A stretch of 64,000 nt of DNA from positions 378,386,001-378,450,000 of the forward strand of contig OZ024743.1 in NCBI GenBank assembly GCA_964016885.1. Direction: 5' to 3'. Of the stretch, positions 44,990-58,600 are shown one piece after another (within the stretch, counting starts at the first letter, position 1; each line of letters starts with the position of its first letter). Made by a program: the position numbers and the translations under genes. The notes beneath the pieces are model-generated. The model worked only from the letters and a program-made list of their open reading frames with translations. It did no database searches and was not told the origin of the DNA. The DNA is from Eledone cirrhosa (lineage: Eukaryota).

Positions 44990-47900
44990 GTGTAGGAGAA
45001 ACTGGGGTAGTGGTGGGGTGTAAAACTCTCTCTCTATTGTAGGAGAAACTGGGGTAGTGGTGGGGTGTAAAACTCTCTCTCTAGTGTAGGAGAAACTGGG
45101 GTAGTGGTGGGGTGTAAAACTCTCTCTCTATTGTAGGAGAAACTGGGGTAGTGGTGGGGTGTAAAACTCTCTCTCTAGTGTAGGAGAAACTGGGGTAGTG
45201 GTGGGGTGTAAAACTCTCTCTCTATTGTAGGAGAAACTGGGGGTAGTGGTGGGGTGTAAAACTCTCTCTCTAGTGTAGAAGAAACTGGGGTAGTGGTGGG
45301 GTGTAAAACTCTCTCTCTAGTGTAGGAGAAACTGGGGCAGTGGTGGGGTGTAAAACTCTCTCTCTAGTGTAGGAGAAACTGGGGCAGTGGTGGGGTGTAA
45401 AACTCTCTCTGTAGTGTAGGAGAAACTGGGGCAGTGGTGGGGTGTAAAACTCTCTCTCTAGTGTAGGAGAAACTGGGGCAGTGGTGGGGTGTAAAACTCT
45501 CTCTCTCTCTCTCTAGTGTAGGAGAAACTGGGGTAGTGGTGGGGTGTAAAACTCTCTCTCTAGTGTAGGAGAAACTGGGGCAGTGGTGGGGTGTAAAACT
45601 CTCTCTCTCTCTCTCTAGTGTAGGAGAAACTGGGGTAGTGGTGGGGTGTAAAACTCTCTCTCTAGTGTAGGAGAAACTGGGGCAGTGGTGGGGTGTAAAA
45701 CTCTCTCTCTAGTGTAGGAGAAACTGGGGCAGTGGTGGGGTGTAAAACTCTCTCTCTAGTGTAGGAGAAACTGGGGCAGGGTGGGGTGTAAAACTCTCTC
45801 TCTAGTGTAGGAGAAACTGGGGCAGTGGTGGGGTGTAAAACTCTCTCTCTCTCTCTCTAGTGTAGGAGAAACTGGGGTAGTGGTGGGGTGTAAAACTCTC
45901 TCTCTAGTGTAGGAGAAACTGGGGCAGTGGTGGGGTGTAAAACTCTCTCTCTCTAGTGTAAGAGAAACTGGGGTAGTGGTGGGGTGTAAAACTCTCTCTC
46001 TCTAGTGTAGGAGATACTGGGGTAGTGGTGGGGTGTAAAACTCTCTCTTTAGTGTAAGAGAAACTGGGGTAGTGGTGGGGTGTAAAACTCTCTCTCTCTA
46101 GTGTAAGAGAAACTGGGGTAGTGGTGGGGTGTAAAACTCTCTGTCTCTCTCTAGTGTAGGAGAAACTGGGGTAGTGGTGGGGTGTAAAACTCTCTGTCTC
46201 TAGTGTAGGAGAAACTGGGGTAGTGGTGGGGTGTAAAACTCTCTCTCTCTCTCTAGTGTAGGAGAAACTGGGGTAGTGGTGGGGTGTAAAACTCTCTCCC
46301 TCTCTCTAGTGTAGGAGAAACTGGGGTAGTGGTGGGCTGTAAAACTCTCTCTCTCTATTGTAAGAGAAACTGGGGTAGTGGTGTGGTGTAAAACTCTCTG
46401 TCTCTCTCTAGTGTAGGAGAAACTGGGGTAGTGGTGGGCTGTAAAACTCTCTCTCTCTATTGTAAGAGAAACTGGGGTAGTGGTGGGGTGTAAAACTCTC
46501 TGTCTCTCTCTAGTGTAGGAGAAACTGGGGTAGTGGTGGGCTGTAAAACTCTCTCTCTCTATTGTAAGAGAAACTGCGGTAGTGGTGGGGTGTAAAACTC
46601 TCTGTCTCTCTCTAGTGTAGGAGAAACTGGGGTAGTGGTGAGGTGTAAAACTCTCTCTCTCTAGTGTAGGAGAAACTGGGGTAGTGGTGGGGTGTAAAAC
46701 TCTCTCTCTCTAGTGTAAGAGAAACTGGGGTAGTGGTGGGGTGTAAAACTCTCTGTCTCTCTCTAGTGTAGGAGAAACTGGGGTAGTGGTGGGCTGTAAA
46801 ACTCTCTCTCTCTAGTGTAGGAGAAACTGGGGTAGTGGTGGGGTGTAAAACTCTCTCTCTAGTGTAGGAGAAACTGGGGTAGTGGTGGGGTGTAAAACTC
46901 TCTCTCTCTAGTGTAGGAGAAACTGGGGTAGTGGTGGGGTGTAAAACTCTCTCTCTCTAGTGTAAGAGAAACTGGGGTAGTGGTGGGGTGTAAAACTCTC
47001 TCTAGTGTAGGAGAAACTGGGGTAGTGGTGGGGTGTAAAACTCTCTCTCTAGTGTAGGAGAAACTGGGGTAGTGGTGGGGTGTAAAACTCTCTCTCTAGT
47101 GTAGGAGAAACTGGGGTAGTGGTGGGGTGTAAAACTCTCTCTCTCTCTCTCTCTCTAGTGTAGGAGAAACTGGGGTAGTGGTGGGGTGTAAAACTCTCTC
47201 TCTCTCTCTCTCTCTCTAGCGTAAGAGAAACTGGGGTAGTGGTGGGGTGTAAAACTCTCTCTCTCCCTCTCTCTCTAGTGTAAGAGAAACTGGGGTAGTG
47301 GTGGGGTGTAAAACTCTCTCTCTAGTGTAGGAGAAACTGGGGTAGTGGTGGGGTGTAAAACTCTCTATTGTAGGAGAAACTGGGGTAGTGGTGGGGTGTA
47401 AAACTCTCTCTCTAGTGTAGAAGAAACTGGGGTAGTGGTGGGGTGTAAAACTCTCTCTCTAGTGTAGGAGAAACTGGGGCAGTGGTGGGGTGTAAAACTC
47501 TCTCTCTAGTGTAGGAGAAACTGGGGCAGTGGTGGGGTGTAAAACTCTCTCTCTAGTGTAGGAGAAACTGGGGCAGTGGTGGGGTGTAAAACTCTCTCTC
47601 TAGTGTAGGAGAAACTGGGGCAGTGGTGGGGTGTAAAACTCTCTCTCTCTCTCTCTAGTGTAGGAGAAACTGGGGTAGTGGTGGGGTGTAAAACTCTCTC
47701 TCTAGTGTAGGAGAAACTGGGGCAGTGGTGGGGTGTAAAACTCTCTCTCTCTCTCTCAAGTGTAGGAGAAACTGGGGTAGTGGTGGGGTGTAAAACTCTC
47801 TCTCTAGTGTAGGAGAAACTGGGGTAGTGGTGGGGTGTAAAACTCTCTCTCTAGTGTAGGAGAAACTGGGGCAGTGGTGGGGTGTAAAACTCTCTCTCTA

Positions 47901-50239
47901 GTGTAGGAGAAACTGGGGCAGTGGTGGGGTGTAAAACTCTCTCTCTAGTGTAGGAGAAACTGGGGCAGTGGTGGGGTGTAAAACTCTCTCTCTCTCTCTC
48001 TAGTGTAGGAGAAACTGGGGTAGTGGTGGGGTGTAAAACTCTCTCTCTAGTGTAGGAGAAACTGGGGCAGTGGTGGGGTGTAAAACTCTCTCTCTCTAGT
48101 GTAAGAGAAACTGGGGTAGTGGTGGGGTGTTTAAACTCTCTCTCTAGTGTAAGAGAAACTGGGGTAGTGGTGGGGTGTAAAACTCTCTCTCTCTAGTGTA
48201 AGAGAAACTGGGGTAGTGGTGGGGTGTAAAACTCTCTCTCTAGTGTAAGAGAAACTGGGGTAGTGGTGGGGTGTAAAACTCTCTCTCTAGTGTAAGAGAA
48301 GCTGGGGTAGTGGTGGGGTGTAAAACTCTCTCTCTCTAGTGTAAGAGAAACTGGGGTAGTGGTGGGGTGTAAAACTCTCTGTCTCTCTCTAGTGTAGGAG
48401 AAACTGGGGTAGTGGTGGGGTGTAAAACTCTCTGTCTCTAGTGTAGGAGAAACTGGGGTAGTGGTGGGGTGTAAAACTCTCTCTCTCTCTCTAGTGTAGG
48501 AGAAACTGGGGTAGTGGTGGGGTGTAAAACTCTCTCCCTCTCTCTAGTGTAGGAGAAACTGGGGTAGTGGTGGGCTGTAAAACTCTCTCTCTCTATTGTA
48601 AGAGAAACTGGGGTAGTGGTGTGGTGTAAAACTCTCTGTCTCTCTCTAGTGTAGGAGAAACTAGGGTAGTGGTGGGCTGTAAAACTCTCTCTCTCTATTG
48701 TAAGAGAAATTGGGGTAGTGGTGGGGTGTAAAACTCTCTGTCTCTCTCTAGTGTAGGAGAAACTGGGGTAGTGGTGGGCTGTAAAACTCTCTCTCTCTAT
48801 TGTAAGAGAAACTGGGGTAGTGGTGGGGTGTAAAACTCTCTCTCTCTAGTGTAGGAGAAACTGGGGTAGTGGTGGGGTGTAAAACTCTCTCTCTCTAGTG
48901 TAAGAGAAACTGGGGTAGTGGTGGGGTGTAAAACTCTCTGTCTCTCTCTAGTGTAGGAGAAACTGGGGTAGTGGTGGGGTGTAAAACTCTCTCTCTCTAG
49001 TGTAGGAGAAACTGGGGTAGTGGTGGGGGGTAAAACTCTCTCTCTAGTGTAGGAGAAACTGGGGTAGTGGTGGGGTGTAAAACTCTCTCTCTCTAGTGTA
49101 GGAGAAACTGGGGTAGTGGTGGGGTGTAAAACTCTCTCTCTCTAGTGTAAGAGAAACTGGGGTAGTGGTGGGGTGTAAAACTCTCTCTAGTGTAGGAGAA
49201 ACTGGGGTAGTGGTGGGGTGTAAAACTCTCTCCCTAGTGTAGGAGAAACTGGGGTAGTGGTGGGGTGTAAAACTCTCTCTCTAGTGTAGGAGAAACTGGG
49301 GTAGTGGTGGGGTGTAAAACTCTCTCTCTAGTGTAGGAGAAACTGGGGTAGTGGTGGGGTGTAAAACTCTCTGTCTCTCTCTCTCTCTCTGGTGTAGGAG
49401 AAACTGGGGTAGTGGTGGGGTGTAAAACTCTCTCTAGTGTAAGAGAAACTGGGGTAGTGGTGGGGTGTAAAACTCTCTGTCTCTCTCTCTCTCTCTGGTG
49501 TAGGAGAAACTGGGGTAGTGGTGGGGTGTAAAACTCTCTCTAGTGTAGGAGAAACTGGGGTAGTGGTGGGGTGTAAAACTCTCTCTAGTGTAAGAGAAAC
49601 TGGGGTAGTGGTGGGGTGTAAAACTCTCTCTAGTGTAAGAGAAACTGGGGTAGTGGTGGGGTGTAAAACTCTCTGTCTCTCTCTCTCTCTCTGGTGTAGG
49701 AGAAACTGGGGTAGTGGTGGGGTGTAAAACTCTCTCTAGTGTAGGAGAAACTGGGGTAGTGGTGGGGTGTAAAACTCTCTCTCTAGTGTAGGAGAAACTG
49801 GGGTAGTGGTGGGGTGTAAAACTCTCTCTCTAGTGTAGGAGAAACTGGGGTAGTGGTGGGGTGTAAAACTCTCTCTCTAGTGTAGGAGAAACTGGGGTAG
49901 TGGTGGGGTGTAAAACTCTCTCTCTCTCTCTCTCTCTAGTTTAGGAGAAACTGGGGTAGTGGTGGGGTGTAAAACTCTCTCTCTCTCTCTCTCTCTAGCG
50001 TAAGAGAAACTGGGGTAGTGGTGGGGTGTAAAACTCTCTCTCTCTCTCTCTCTCTAGTGTAAGAGAAACTGGGGTAGTGGTGGGGTGTAAAACTCTCTCT
50101 CTCTCTCTCTCTAGTGTAGGAGAAACTGGGGTAGTGGTGGGGTGTAAAACTCTCTCTCTAGTGTAGGAGAAACTGGGGTAGTGGTGGGGTGTAAAACTCT
50201 CTCTCTAGTGTAGTAGAAACTGGGGTAGTGGTGGGGTGT

Positions 50240-50278
<39 letters not shown>

Positions 50279-52598
50279 GTGTAGGAGAAACTGGGGTAGT
50301 GGTGGGGTGTAAAACTCTCTCTCTATTGTAGGAGAAACTGGGGTAGTGGTGGGGTGTAAAACTCTCTCTCTAGTGTAGGAGAAACTGGGGTAGTGGTGGG
50401 GTGTAAAACTCTCTCTCTATTGTAGGAGAAACTGGGGTAGTGGTGGGGTGTAAAACTCTCTCTCTAGTGTAGGAGAAACTGGGGTAGTGGTGGGGTGTAA
50501 AACTCTCTCTCTATTGTAGGAGAAACTGGGGGTAGTGGTGGGGTGTAAAACTCTCTCTCTAGTGTAGAAGAAACTGGGGTAGTGGTGGGGTGTAAAACTC
50601 TCTCTCTAGTGTAGGAGAAACTGGGGCAGTGGTGGGGTGTAAAACTCTCTCTCTAGTGTAGGAGAAACTGGGGCAGTGGTGGGGTGTAAAACTCTCTCTG
50701 TAGTGTAGGAGAAACTGGGGCAGTGGTGGGGTGTAAAACTCTCTCTCTAGTGTAGGAGAAACTGGGGCAGTGGTGGGGTGTAAAACTCTCTCTCTCTCTC
50801 TCTAGTGTAGGAGAAACTGGGGTAGTGGTGGGGTGTAAAACTCTCTCTCTAGTGTAGGAGAAACTGGGGCAGTGGTGGGGTGTAAAACTCTCTCTCTCTC
50901 TCTCTAGTGTAGGAGAAACTGGGGTAGTGGTGGGGTGTAAAACTCTCTCTCTAGTGTAGGAGAAACTGGGGCAGTGGTGGGGTGTAAAACTCTCTCTCTA
51001 GTGTAGGAGAAACTGGGGCAGTGGTGGGGTGTAAAACTCTCTCTCTAGTGTAGGAGAAACTGGGGCAGGGTGGGGTGTAAAACTCTCTCTCTAGTGTAGG
51101 AGAAACTGGGGCAGTGGTGGGGTGTAAAACTCTCTCTCTCTCTCTCTAGTGTAGGAGAAACTGGGGTAGTGGTGGGGTGTAAAACTCTCTCTCTAGTGTA
51201 GGAGAAACTGGGGCAGTGGTGGGGTGTAAAACTCTCTCTCTCTAGTGTAAGAGAAACTGGGGTAGTGGTGGGGTGTAAAACTCTCTCTCTCTAGTGTAGG
51301 AGATACTGGGGTAGTGGTGGGGTGTAAAACTCTCTCTTTAGTGTAAGAGAAACTGGGGTAGTGGTGGGGTGTAAAACTCTCTCTCTCTAGTGTAAGAGAA
51401 ACTGGGGTAGTGGTGGGGTGTAAAACTCTCTGTCTCTCTCTAGTGTAGGAGAAACTGGGGTAGTGGTGGGGTGTAAAACTCTCTGTCTCTAGTGTAGGAG
51501 AAACTGGGGTAGTGGTGGGGTGTAAAACTCTCTCTCTCTCTCTAGTGTAGGAGAAACTGGGGTAGTGGTGGGGTGTAAAACTCTCTCCCTCTCTCTAGTG
51601 TAGGAGAAACTGGGGTAGTGGTGGGCTGTAAAACTCTCTCTCTCTATTGTAAGAGAAACTGGGGTAGTGGTGTGGTGTAAAACTCTCTGTCTCTCTCTAG
51701 TGTAGGAGAAACTGGGGTAGTGGTGGGCTGTAAAACTCTCTCTCTCTATTGTAAGAGAAACTGGGGTAGTGGTGGGGTGTAAAACTCTCTGTCTCTCTCT
51801 AGTGTAGGAGAAACTGGGGTAGTGGTGGGCTGTAAAACTCTCTCTCTCTATTGTAAGAGAAACTGCGGTAGTGGTGGGGTGTAAAACTCTCTGTCTCTCT
51901 CTAGTGTAGGAGAAACTGGGGTAGTGGTGAGGTGTAAAACTCTCTCTCTCTAGTGTAGGAGAAACTGGGGTAGTGGTGGGGTGTAAAACTCTCTCTCTCT
52001 AGTGTAAGAGAAACTGGGGTAGTGGTGGGGTGTAAAACTCTCTGTCTCTCTCTAGTGTAGGAGAAACTGGGGTAGTGGTGGGCTGTAAAACTCTCTCTCT
52101 CTAGTGTAGGAGAAACTGGGGTAGTGGTGGGGTGTAAAACTCTCTCTCTAGTGTAGGAGAAACTGGGGTAGTGGTGGGGTGTAAAACTCTCTCTCTCTAG
52201 TGTAGGAGAAACTGGGGTAGTGGTGGGGTGTAAAACTCTCTCTCTCTAGTGTAAGAGAAACTGGGGTAGTGGTGGGGTGTAAAACTCTCTCTAGTGTAGG
52301 AGAAACTGGGGTAGTGGTGGGGTGTAAAACTCTCTCTCTAGTGTAGGAGAAACTGGGGTAGTGGTGGGGTGTAAAACTCTCTCTCTAGTGTAGGAGAAAC
52401 TGGGGTAGTGGTGGGGTGTAAAACTCTCTCTCTCTCTCTCTCTCTAGTGTAGGAGAAACTGGGGTAGTGGTGGGGTGTAAAACTCTCTCTCTCTCTCTCT
52501 CTCTCTAGCGTAAGAGAAACTGGGGTAGTGGTGGGGTGTAAAACTCTCTCTCTCCCTCTCTCTCTAGTGTAAGAGAAACTGGGGTAGTGGTGGGGTGT

Positions 52599-52631
<33 letters not shown>

Positions 52632-55600
52632 GTGTAGGAGAAACTGGGGTAGTGGTGGGGTGTAAAACTCTCTCTCTAGTGTAGGAGAAACTGGGGTAGT
52701 GGTGGGGTGTAAAACTCTCTCTCTAGTGTAGTAGAAACTGGGGTAGTGGTGGGGTGTAAAACTCTCTCTCTCTCTCTCTAGTGTAGGAGAAACTGGGGTA
52801 GTGGTGGGGTGTAAAACTCTCTCTCTAGTGTAGGAGAAACTGGGGTAGTGGTGGGGTGTAAAACTCTCTCTCTATTGTAGGAGAAACTGGGGTAGTGGTG
52901 GGGTGTAAAACTCTCTCTCTAGTGTAGGAGAAACTGGGGTAGTGGTGGGGTGTAAAACTCTCTCTCTATTGTAAGAGAAACTGGGGTAGTGGTGGGGTGT
53001 AAAACTCTCTCTCTAGTGTAGGAGAAACTGGGGTAGTGGTGGGGTGTAAAACTCTCTCTCTATTGTAGGAGAACTGGGGTAGTGGTGGGGTGTAAAACTC
53101 TCTCTCTAGTGTAGGAGAAACTGGGGTAGTGGTGGGGTGTAAAACTCTCTCTCTAGTGTAGGAGAAACTGGGGCAGTGGTGGGGTGTAAAACTCTCTCTC
53201 TCTCTCTCTAGTGTAGGAGAAACTGGGGTAGTGGTGGGGTGTAAAACTCTCTCTCTAGTGTAGGAGAAACTGGGGCAGTGGTGGGGTGTAAAACTCTCTC
53301 TCTAGTGTAGGAGAAACTGGGGCAGTGGTGGGGTGTAAAACTCTCTCTCTAGTGTAGGAGAAACTGGGGCAGTGGTGGGGTGTAAAACTCTCTCTCTAGT
53401 GTAGGAGAAACTGGGGCAGTGGTGGGGTGTAAAACTCTCTCTCTCTCTCTCTAGTGTAGGAGAAACTGGGGTAGTGGTGGGGTGTAAAACTCTCTCTCTA
53501 GTGTAGGAGAAACTGGGGCAGTGGTGGGGTGTAAAACTCTCTCTCTAGTGTAGGAGAAACTGGGGCAGTGGTGGGGTGTAAAACTCTCTCTCTCTAGTGT
53601 AAGAGAAACTGGGGTAGTGGTGGGGTGTAAAACTCTCTCTCTAGTGTAAGAGAAACTGGGGTAGTGGTGGGGTGTAAAACTCTCTCTCTCTAGTGTAAGA
53701 GAAACTGGGGTAGTGGTGGGGTGTAAAACTCTCTCTCTAGTGTAAGAGAAACTGGGGTAGTGGTGGGGTGTAAAACTCTCTCTCTAGTGTAAGAGAAACT
53801 GGGGTAGTGGTGGGGTGTAAAACTCTCTCTCTAGTGTAAGAGAAACTGGGGTAGTGGTGGGGTGTAAAACTCTCTCTCTCTAGTGTAAGAGAAACTGGGG
53901 TAGTGGTGGGGTGTAAAACTCTCTGTCTCTAGTGTAGGAGAAACTGGGGTAGTGGTGGGGTGTAAAACTCTCTGTCTCTAGTGTAGGAGAAACTGGGGTA
54001 GTGGTGGGGTGTAAAACTCTCTCGCTATCTCTAGTGTAGGAGAAACTGGGGTAGTGGTGGGCTGTAAAACTCTCTCTCTCTATTGTAAGAGAAACTGGGG
54101 TAGTAGTGTGGTGTAAAACTCTCTGTCTCTCTCTAGTGCAGGAGAAACTGGGGTAGTGGTGGGCTGTAAAACTCTCTCTCTCTATTGTAAGAGAAACTGC
54201 GGTAGTGGTGGGGTGTAAAACTCTCTGTCTCTCTCTAGTGTAGGAGAAACTGGGGTAGTGGTGGGCTGTAAAACTCTCTCTCTCTATTGTAAGAGAAACT
54301 GGGGTAGTGGTGGGGTGTAAAACTCTCTGTCTCTCTCTAGTGTAGGAGACACTGGGGTAGTGGTGAGGTGTAAAACTCTCTCTCTCTAGTGTAGGAGAAA
54401 CTGGGGTAGTGGTGGGGTGTAAAACTCTCTCTCTCTAGTGTAAGAGAAACTGGGGTAGTGGTGGGGTGTAAAACTCTCTGTCTCTCTCTAGTGTAGGAGA
54501 AACTGGGGTAGTGGTGGGGTGTAAAACTCTCTCTCTCTAGTGTAGGAGAAACTGGGGTAGTGGTGGGGTGTAAAACTCTCTCTCTCTAGTGTAAGAGAAA
54601 CTGGGGTAGTGGTGGGGTGTAAAACTCTCTGTCTCTCTCTAGTGTAGGAGAAACTGGGGTAGTGGTGGGGTGTAAAACTCTCTCTCTCTAGTGTAAGAGA
54701 AACTGGGGTAGTGGTGGGGTGTAAAACTCTCTCTCTCTCTCTAGTGTAGAAGAAACTGGGGTAGTGGTGGGGTGTAAAACTCTCTCTCTCTCTCTAGTGT
54801 AGGAGAAACTGGAGTAGTGGTGGGGTGTAAAACTCTCTCTCTCTCTCTAGTGTAGGAGAAACTGGAGCAGTGGTGAGGTGTAAAACTCTCTCTCTCTCTC
54901 TAGTGTAGGAGAAACTGGGGTAGTGGTGGGGTGTAAAACTCTCTCTCTCTCTCTAGTGTAGGAGAAACTGGGGTAGTGGTGGGGTGTAAAACTCTCTGTC
55001 TCTCTCTAGTGTAGGAGAAACTGGGGTAGTGGTGGGGTGTAAAACTCTCTCTCTCTCTCTAGTGTAGGAGAAACTGGGGTAGTGGTGGGGTGTAAAACTC
55101 TCTCTCTCTAGTGTAAGAGAAACTGGGGTAGTGGTGGGGTGTAAAACTCTCTCTCTCTCTCTAGTGTAGGAGAAACTGGGGTAGTGGTGGGGTGTAAAAC
55201 TCTCTCTCTCTCTCTAGTGTAGGAGAAACTGGGGTAGTGGTGGGGTGTAAAACTCTCTCTCTCTCTCTAGTGTAGGAGAAACTGGAGTAGTGGTGGGGTG
55301 TAAAACTCTCTCTCTCTCTCTAGTGTAGGAGAAACTGGGGTAGTGGTGGCGTGTAAAACTCTCTCTCTCTAGTGTAAGAGAAACTGGGGTAGTGGTGGGG
55401 TGTAAAACTCTCTGTCTCTCTCTAGTGTAGGAGAAACTGGGGTAGTGGTGGGGTGTAAAACTCTCTCTCTCTCTCTAGTGTAGGAGAAACTGGAGTAGTG
55501 GTGGGGTGTAAAACTCTCTCTCTCTCTCTAGTGTAGGAGAAACTGGGGTAGTGGTGGGGTGTAAAACTCTCTCTCTCTCTCTCTAGTGTAGGAGAAACTG

Positions 55601-58600
55601 GGGTAGTGGTGGGGTGTAAAACTCTCTGTCTCTCTCTAGTGTAGGAGAAACTGGGGTAGTGGTGGGGTGTAAAACTCTCTCTCTCTCTCTAGTGTAGGAG
55701 AAACTGGAGTAGTGGTGGGGTGTAAAACTCTCTCTCTCTCTCTAGTGTAGGAGAAACTGGGGTAGTGGTGGCGTGTAAAACTCTCTCTCTCTAGTGTAAG
55801 AGAAACTGGGGTAGTGGTGGGGTGTAAAACTCTCTCTCTCTAGTGTAAGAGAAACTGGGGTAGTGGTGGGGTGTAAAACTCTCTCTCTCTCTCTAGTGTA
55901 GGAGAAACTGGGGTAGTGGTGGGGTGTAAAACTCTCTCTCTCTAGTGTAAGAGAAACTGGGGTAGTGGTGGGGTGTAAAACTCTCTCTCTCTAGTGTAAG
56001 AGAAACTGGGGTAGTGGTGGCGTGTAAAACTCTCTCTCTCTAGTGTAAGCGAAACTGGGGGTAGTGGTGGGGTGTAAAACTCTCTCTCTCTAGTGTAAGA
56101 GAAACTGGGGTAGTGGTGGGGTGTAAAACTCTCTCTCTCTAGTGTAAGAGAAACTGGGGTAGTGGTGGGGTGTAAAACTCTCTCTCTCTAGTGTAGGAGA
56201 AACTGGGGTAGTGGTGGGGTGTAAAACTCTCTCTCTCTAGTTTAAGAGAAACTGGGGTAGTGGTGGTGTGTAAAACTCTCTCTCTCTAGTGTAAGAGAAA
56301 CTGAGGTAGTGGTGGGGTGTAAAACGCTCTAGTGTAGGAGAAACTGGGGTAGTGGTGGGGTGTAAAACTCTCTCTCTCTAGTGTAAGAGAAACTGGGGTA
56401 GTGGTGGGGTGTAAAACTCTCTCTCTAGTGTATGAGAAACTGGGGTAGTGGTGGGGTGTAAAACTCTCTCTCTCTAGTGTAGGAGAAACTGGGGTAGTGG
56501 TGGGGGTGTAAAACTCTCTCTCTCTAGTGTAAGAGAAACTGGGGTAGTGGTGGGGTGTAAAACTCTCTAGTGTAGGAGAAACTGGGGTAGTGGTGGGGTG
56601 TAAAACGCTCTAGTGTAGGAGAAACTGGGGTAGTGGTGGGGTGTAAAACTCTCTCTCTCTAGTGTAAGAGAAACTGGGGTAGTGGTGGGGTGTAAAACTC
56701 TCTCTCTAGTGTATGAGAAACTGGGGTAGTGGTGGGGTGTAAAACTCTCTCTCTCTAGTGTAGGAGAAACTGGGGTAGTGGTGGGGGTGTAAAACTCTCT
56801 CTCTCTAGTGTAAGAGAAACTGGGGTAGTGGTGGGGTGTAAAACTCTCTAGTGTAGGAGAAACTGGGGTAGTGGTGGGGTGTAAAACTCTCTCTCTCTAG
56901 TGTAGGAGAAACTGGGCTAGTGGTGGGGTGTAAAACTCTCTCTCTCTAGTTTAAGAGAAACTGGGGTAGTGGTGGTGTGTAAAACTCTCTCTCTAGTGTA
57001 GGAGAAACTGGGGTAGTGGTGGGGTGTAAAACTATCTCTCTAGTGTATGAGAAACTGGGGTAGTGGTGGGGTGTAAAACTCTCTCTCTCTAGTGTAAGAG
57101 AAACTGGGGTAGTGGTGGGGTGTAAAACTCTCTCTCTCTAGTGTAAGAGAAACTGGTGTAGTGGTGGGGTGTAAAACTCTCTCTCTCTAGTGTAAGAGAA
57201 ACTGGGGTAGTGGTGGGGTGTAAAACTCTCTCTCTAGTGTATGAGAAACTGGGGTAGTGGTGGGGTGTAAAACTCTCTCTCTCTAGTGTAGGAGAAACTG
57301 GGGTAGTGGTGGGGTGTAAATCTCTCTCTCTCTCTAGTGTAGGAGAAACTGGGGTAGTGGTGGGGTGTAAAACTCTCTCTCTCTCTCTAGTGTAAGAGAA
57401 ACTGGGGTAGTGGTGGGGTGTAAATCTCTCTCTCTCTAGTGTAAGAGAAACTGGGGTAGTGGTGGGGTGTAAAACTCTCTCTCTCTCTCTAGTGTAAGAG
57501 AAACTGGGGTAGTGGTGGGGTGTAAAACTCTCTCTCTCTCTCTAGTGTAGGAGAAACTGGGGTAGTGGTGGGGTGTAAATCTCTCTCTCTCTCTAGTGTA
57601 GGAGAAACTGGGGTAGTGGTGGGGTGTAAAACTCTCTCTCTCTCTCTAGTGTAAGAGAAACTGGGGTAGTGGTGGGGTGTAAAACTCTCTCTCTCTAGTG
57701 TAAGAGAAACTGGGGTAGTGGTGGGGTGTAAAACTCTCTCTCTCTCTCTAGTGTAAGAGAAACTGGGGTAGTGGTGGGGTGTAACTCTCTCTCTCTCTAG
57801 TGTAGGAGAAACTGGGGTAGTGGTGGGGTGTAAAACTCTCTCTCTCTCTCTAGTGTAAGAGAAACTGGGGTAGTGGTGGGGTGTAAAACTCTCTCTCTCT
57901 CTCTAGTGTAAGAGAAACTGGGGTAGTGGTGGGGTGTAAAACTCTCTCTCTCTAGTGTAAGAGAAACTGGGGTAGTGGTGGGGTGTAAAACTCTCTCTCT
58001 CTCTCTAGTGTAAGAGAAAGTGGGGTAGTGGTGGGGTGTAAAACTCTCTCTCTCTCTCTAGTGTAAGAGAAACTGCGGTAGTGGTGGGGTGTAAAACTCT
58101 CTCTCTAGTGTATGAGAAACTGGTGTAGTGGTGGGGTGTAAAACTCTCTCTCTCTAGTGTAAGAGAAACTGGGGTAGTGGTGGGGTGTAAAACTCTCTCT
58201 CTCTCTCTAGTGTAAGAGAAACTGGGGTAGTGGTGGGGTGTAAATCTCTCTCTCTCTCTCTAGTGTAGGAGAAACTGGGGTAGTGGTGGGGTGTAAAACT
58301 CTCTCTCTCTCTCTAGTGTAAGAGAAACTGGGGTAGTGGTGGGGTGTAACTCTCTCTCTCTCTAGTGTAGGAGAAACTGGGGTAGTGGTGGGGTGTAAAA
58401 CTCTCTCTCTCTCTCTAGTGTAAGAGAAACTGGGGTAGTGGTGGGGTGTAAAACTCTCTCTCTCTCTCTAGTGTAAGAGAAACTGGGGTAGTGGTGGGGT
58501 GTAAAACTCTCTCTCTCTAGTGTAAGAGAAACTGGGGTAGTGGTGGGGTGTAAAACTCTCTCTCTCTCTCTAGTGTAAGAGAAACTGGGGTAGTGGTGGG

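Noticed and set aside
16660-53580. Chi-like recombination motif in GGGGCAGTGGTGG variants
   Set aside because: It does not match GCTGGTGG exactly, and similarity of this level is expected in any G-rich repeat.
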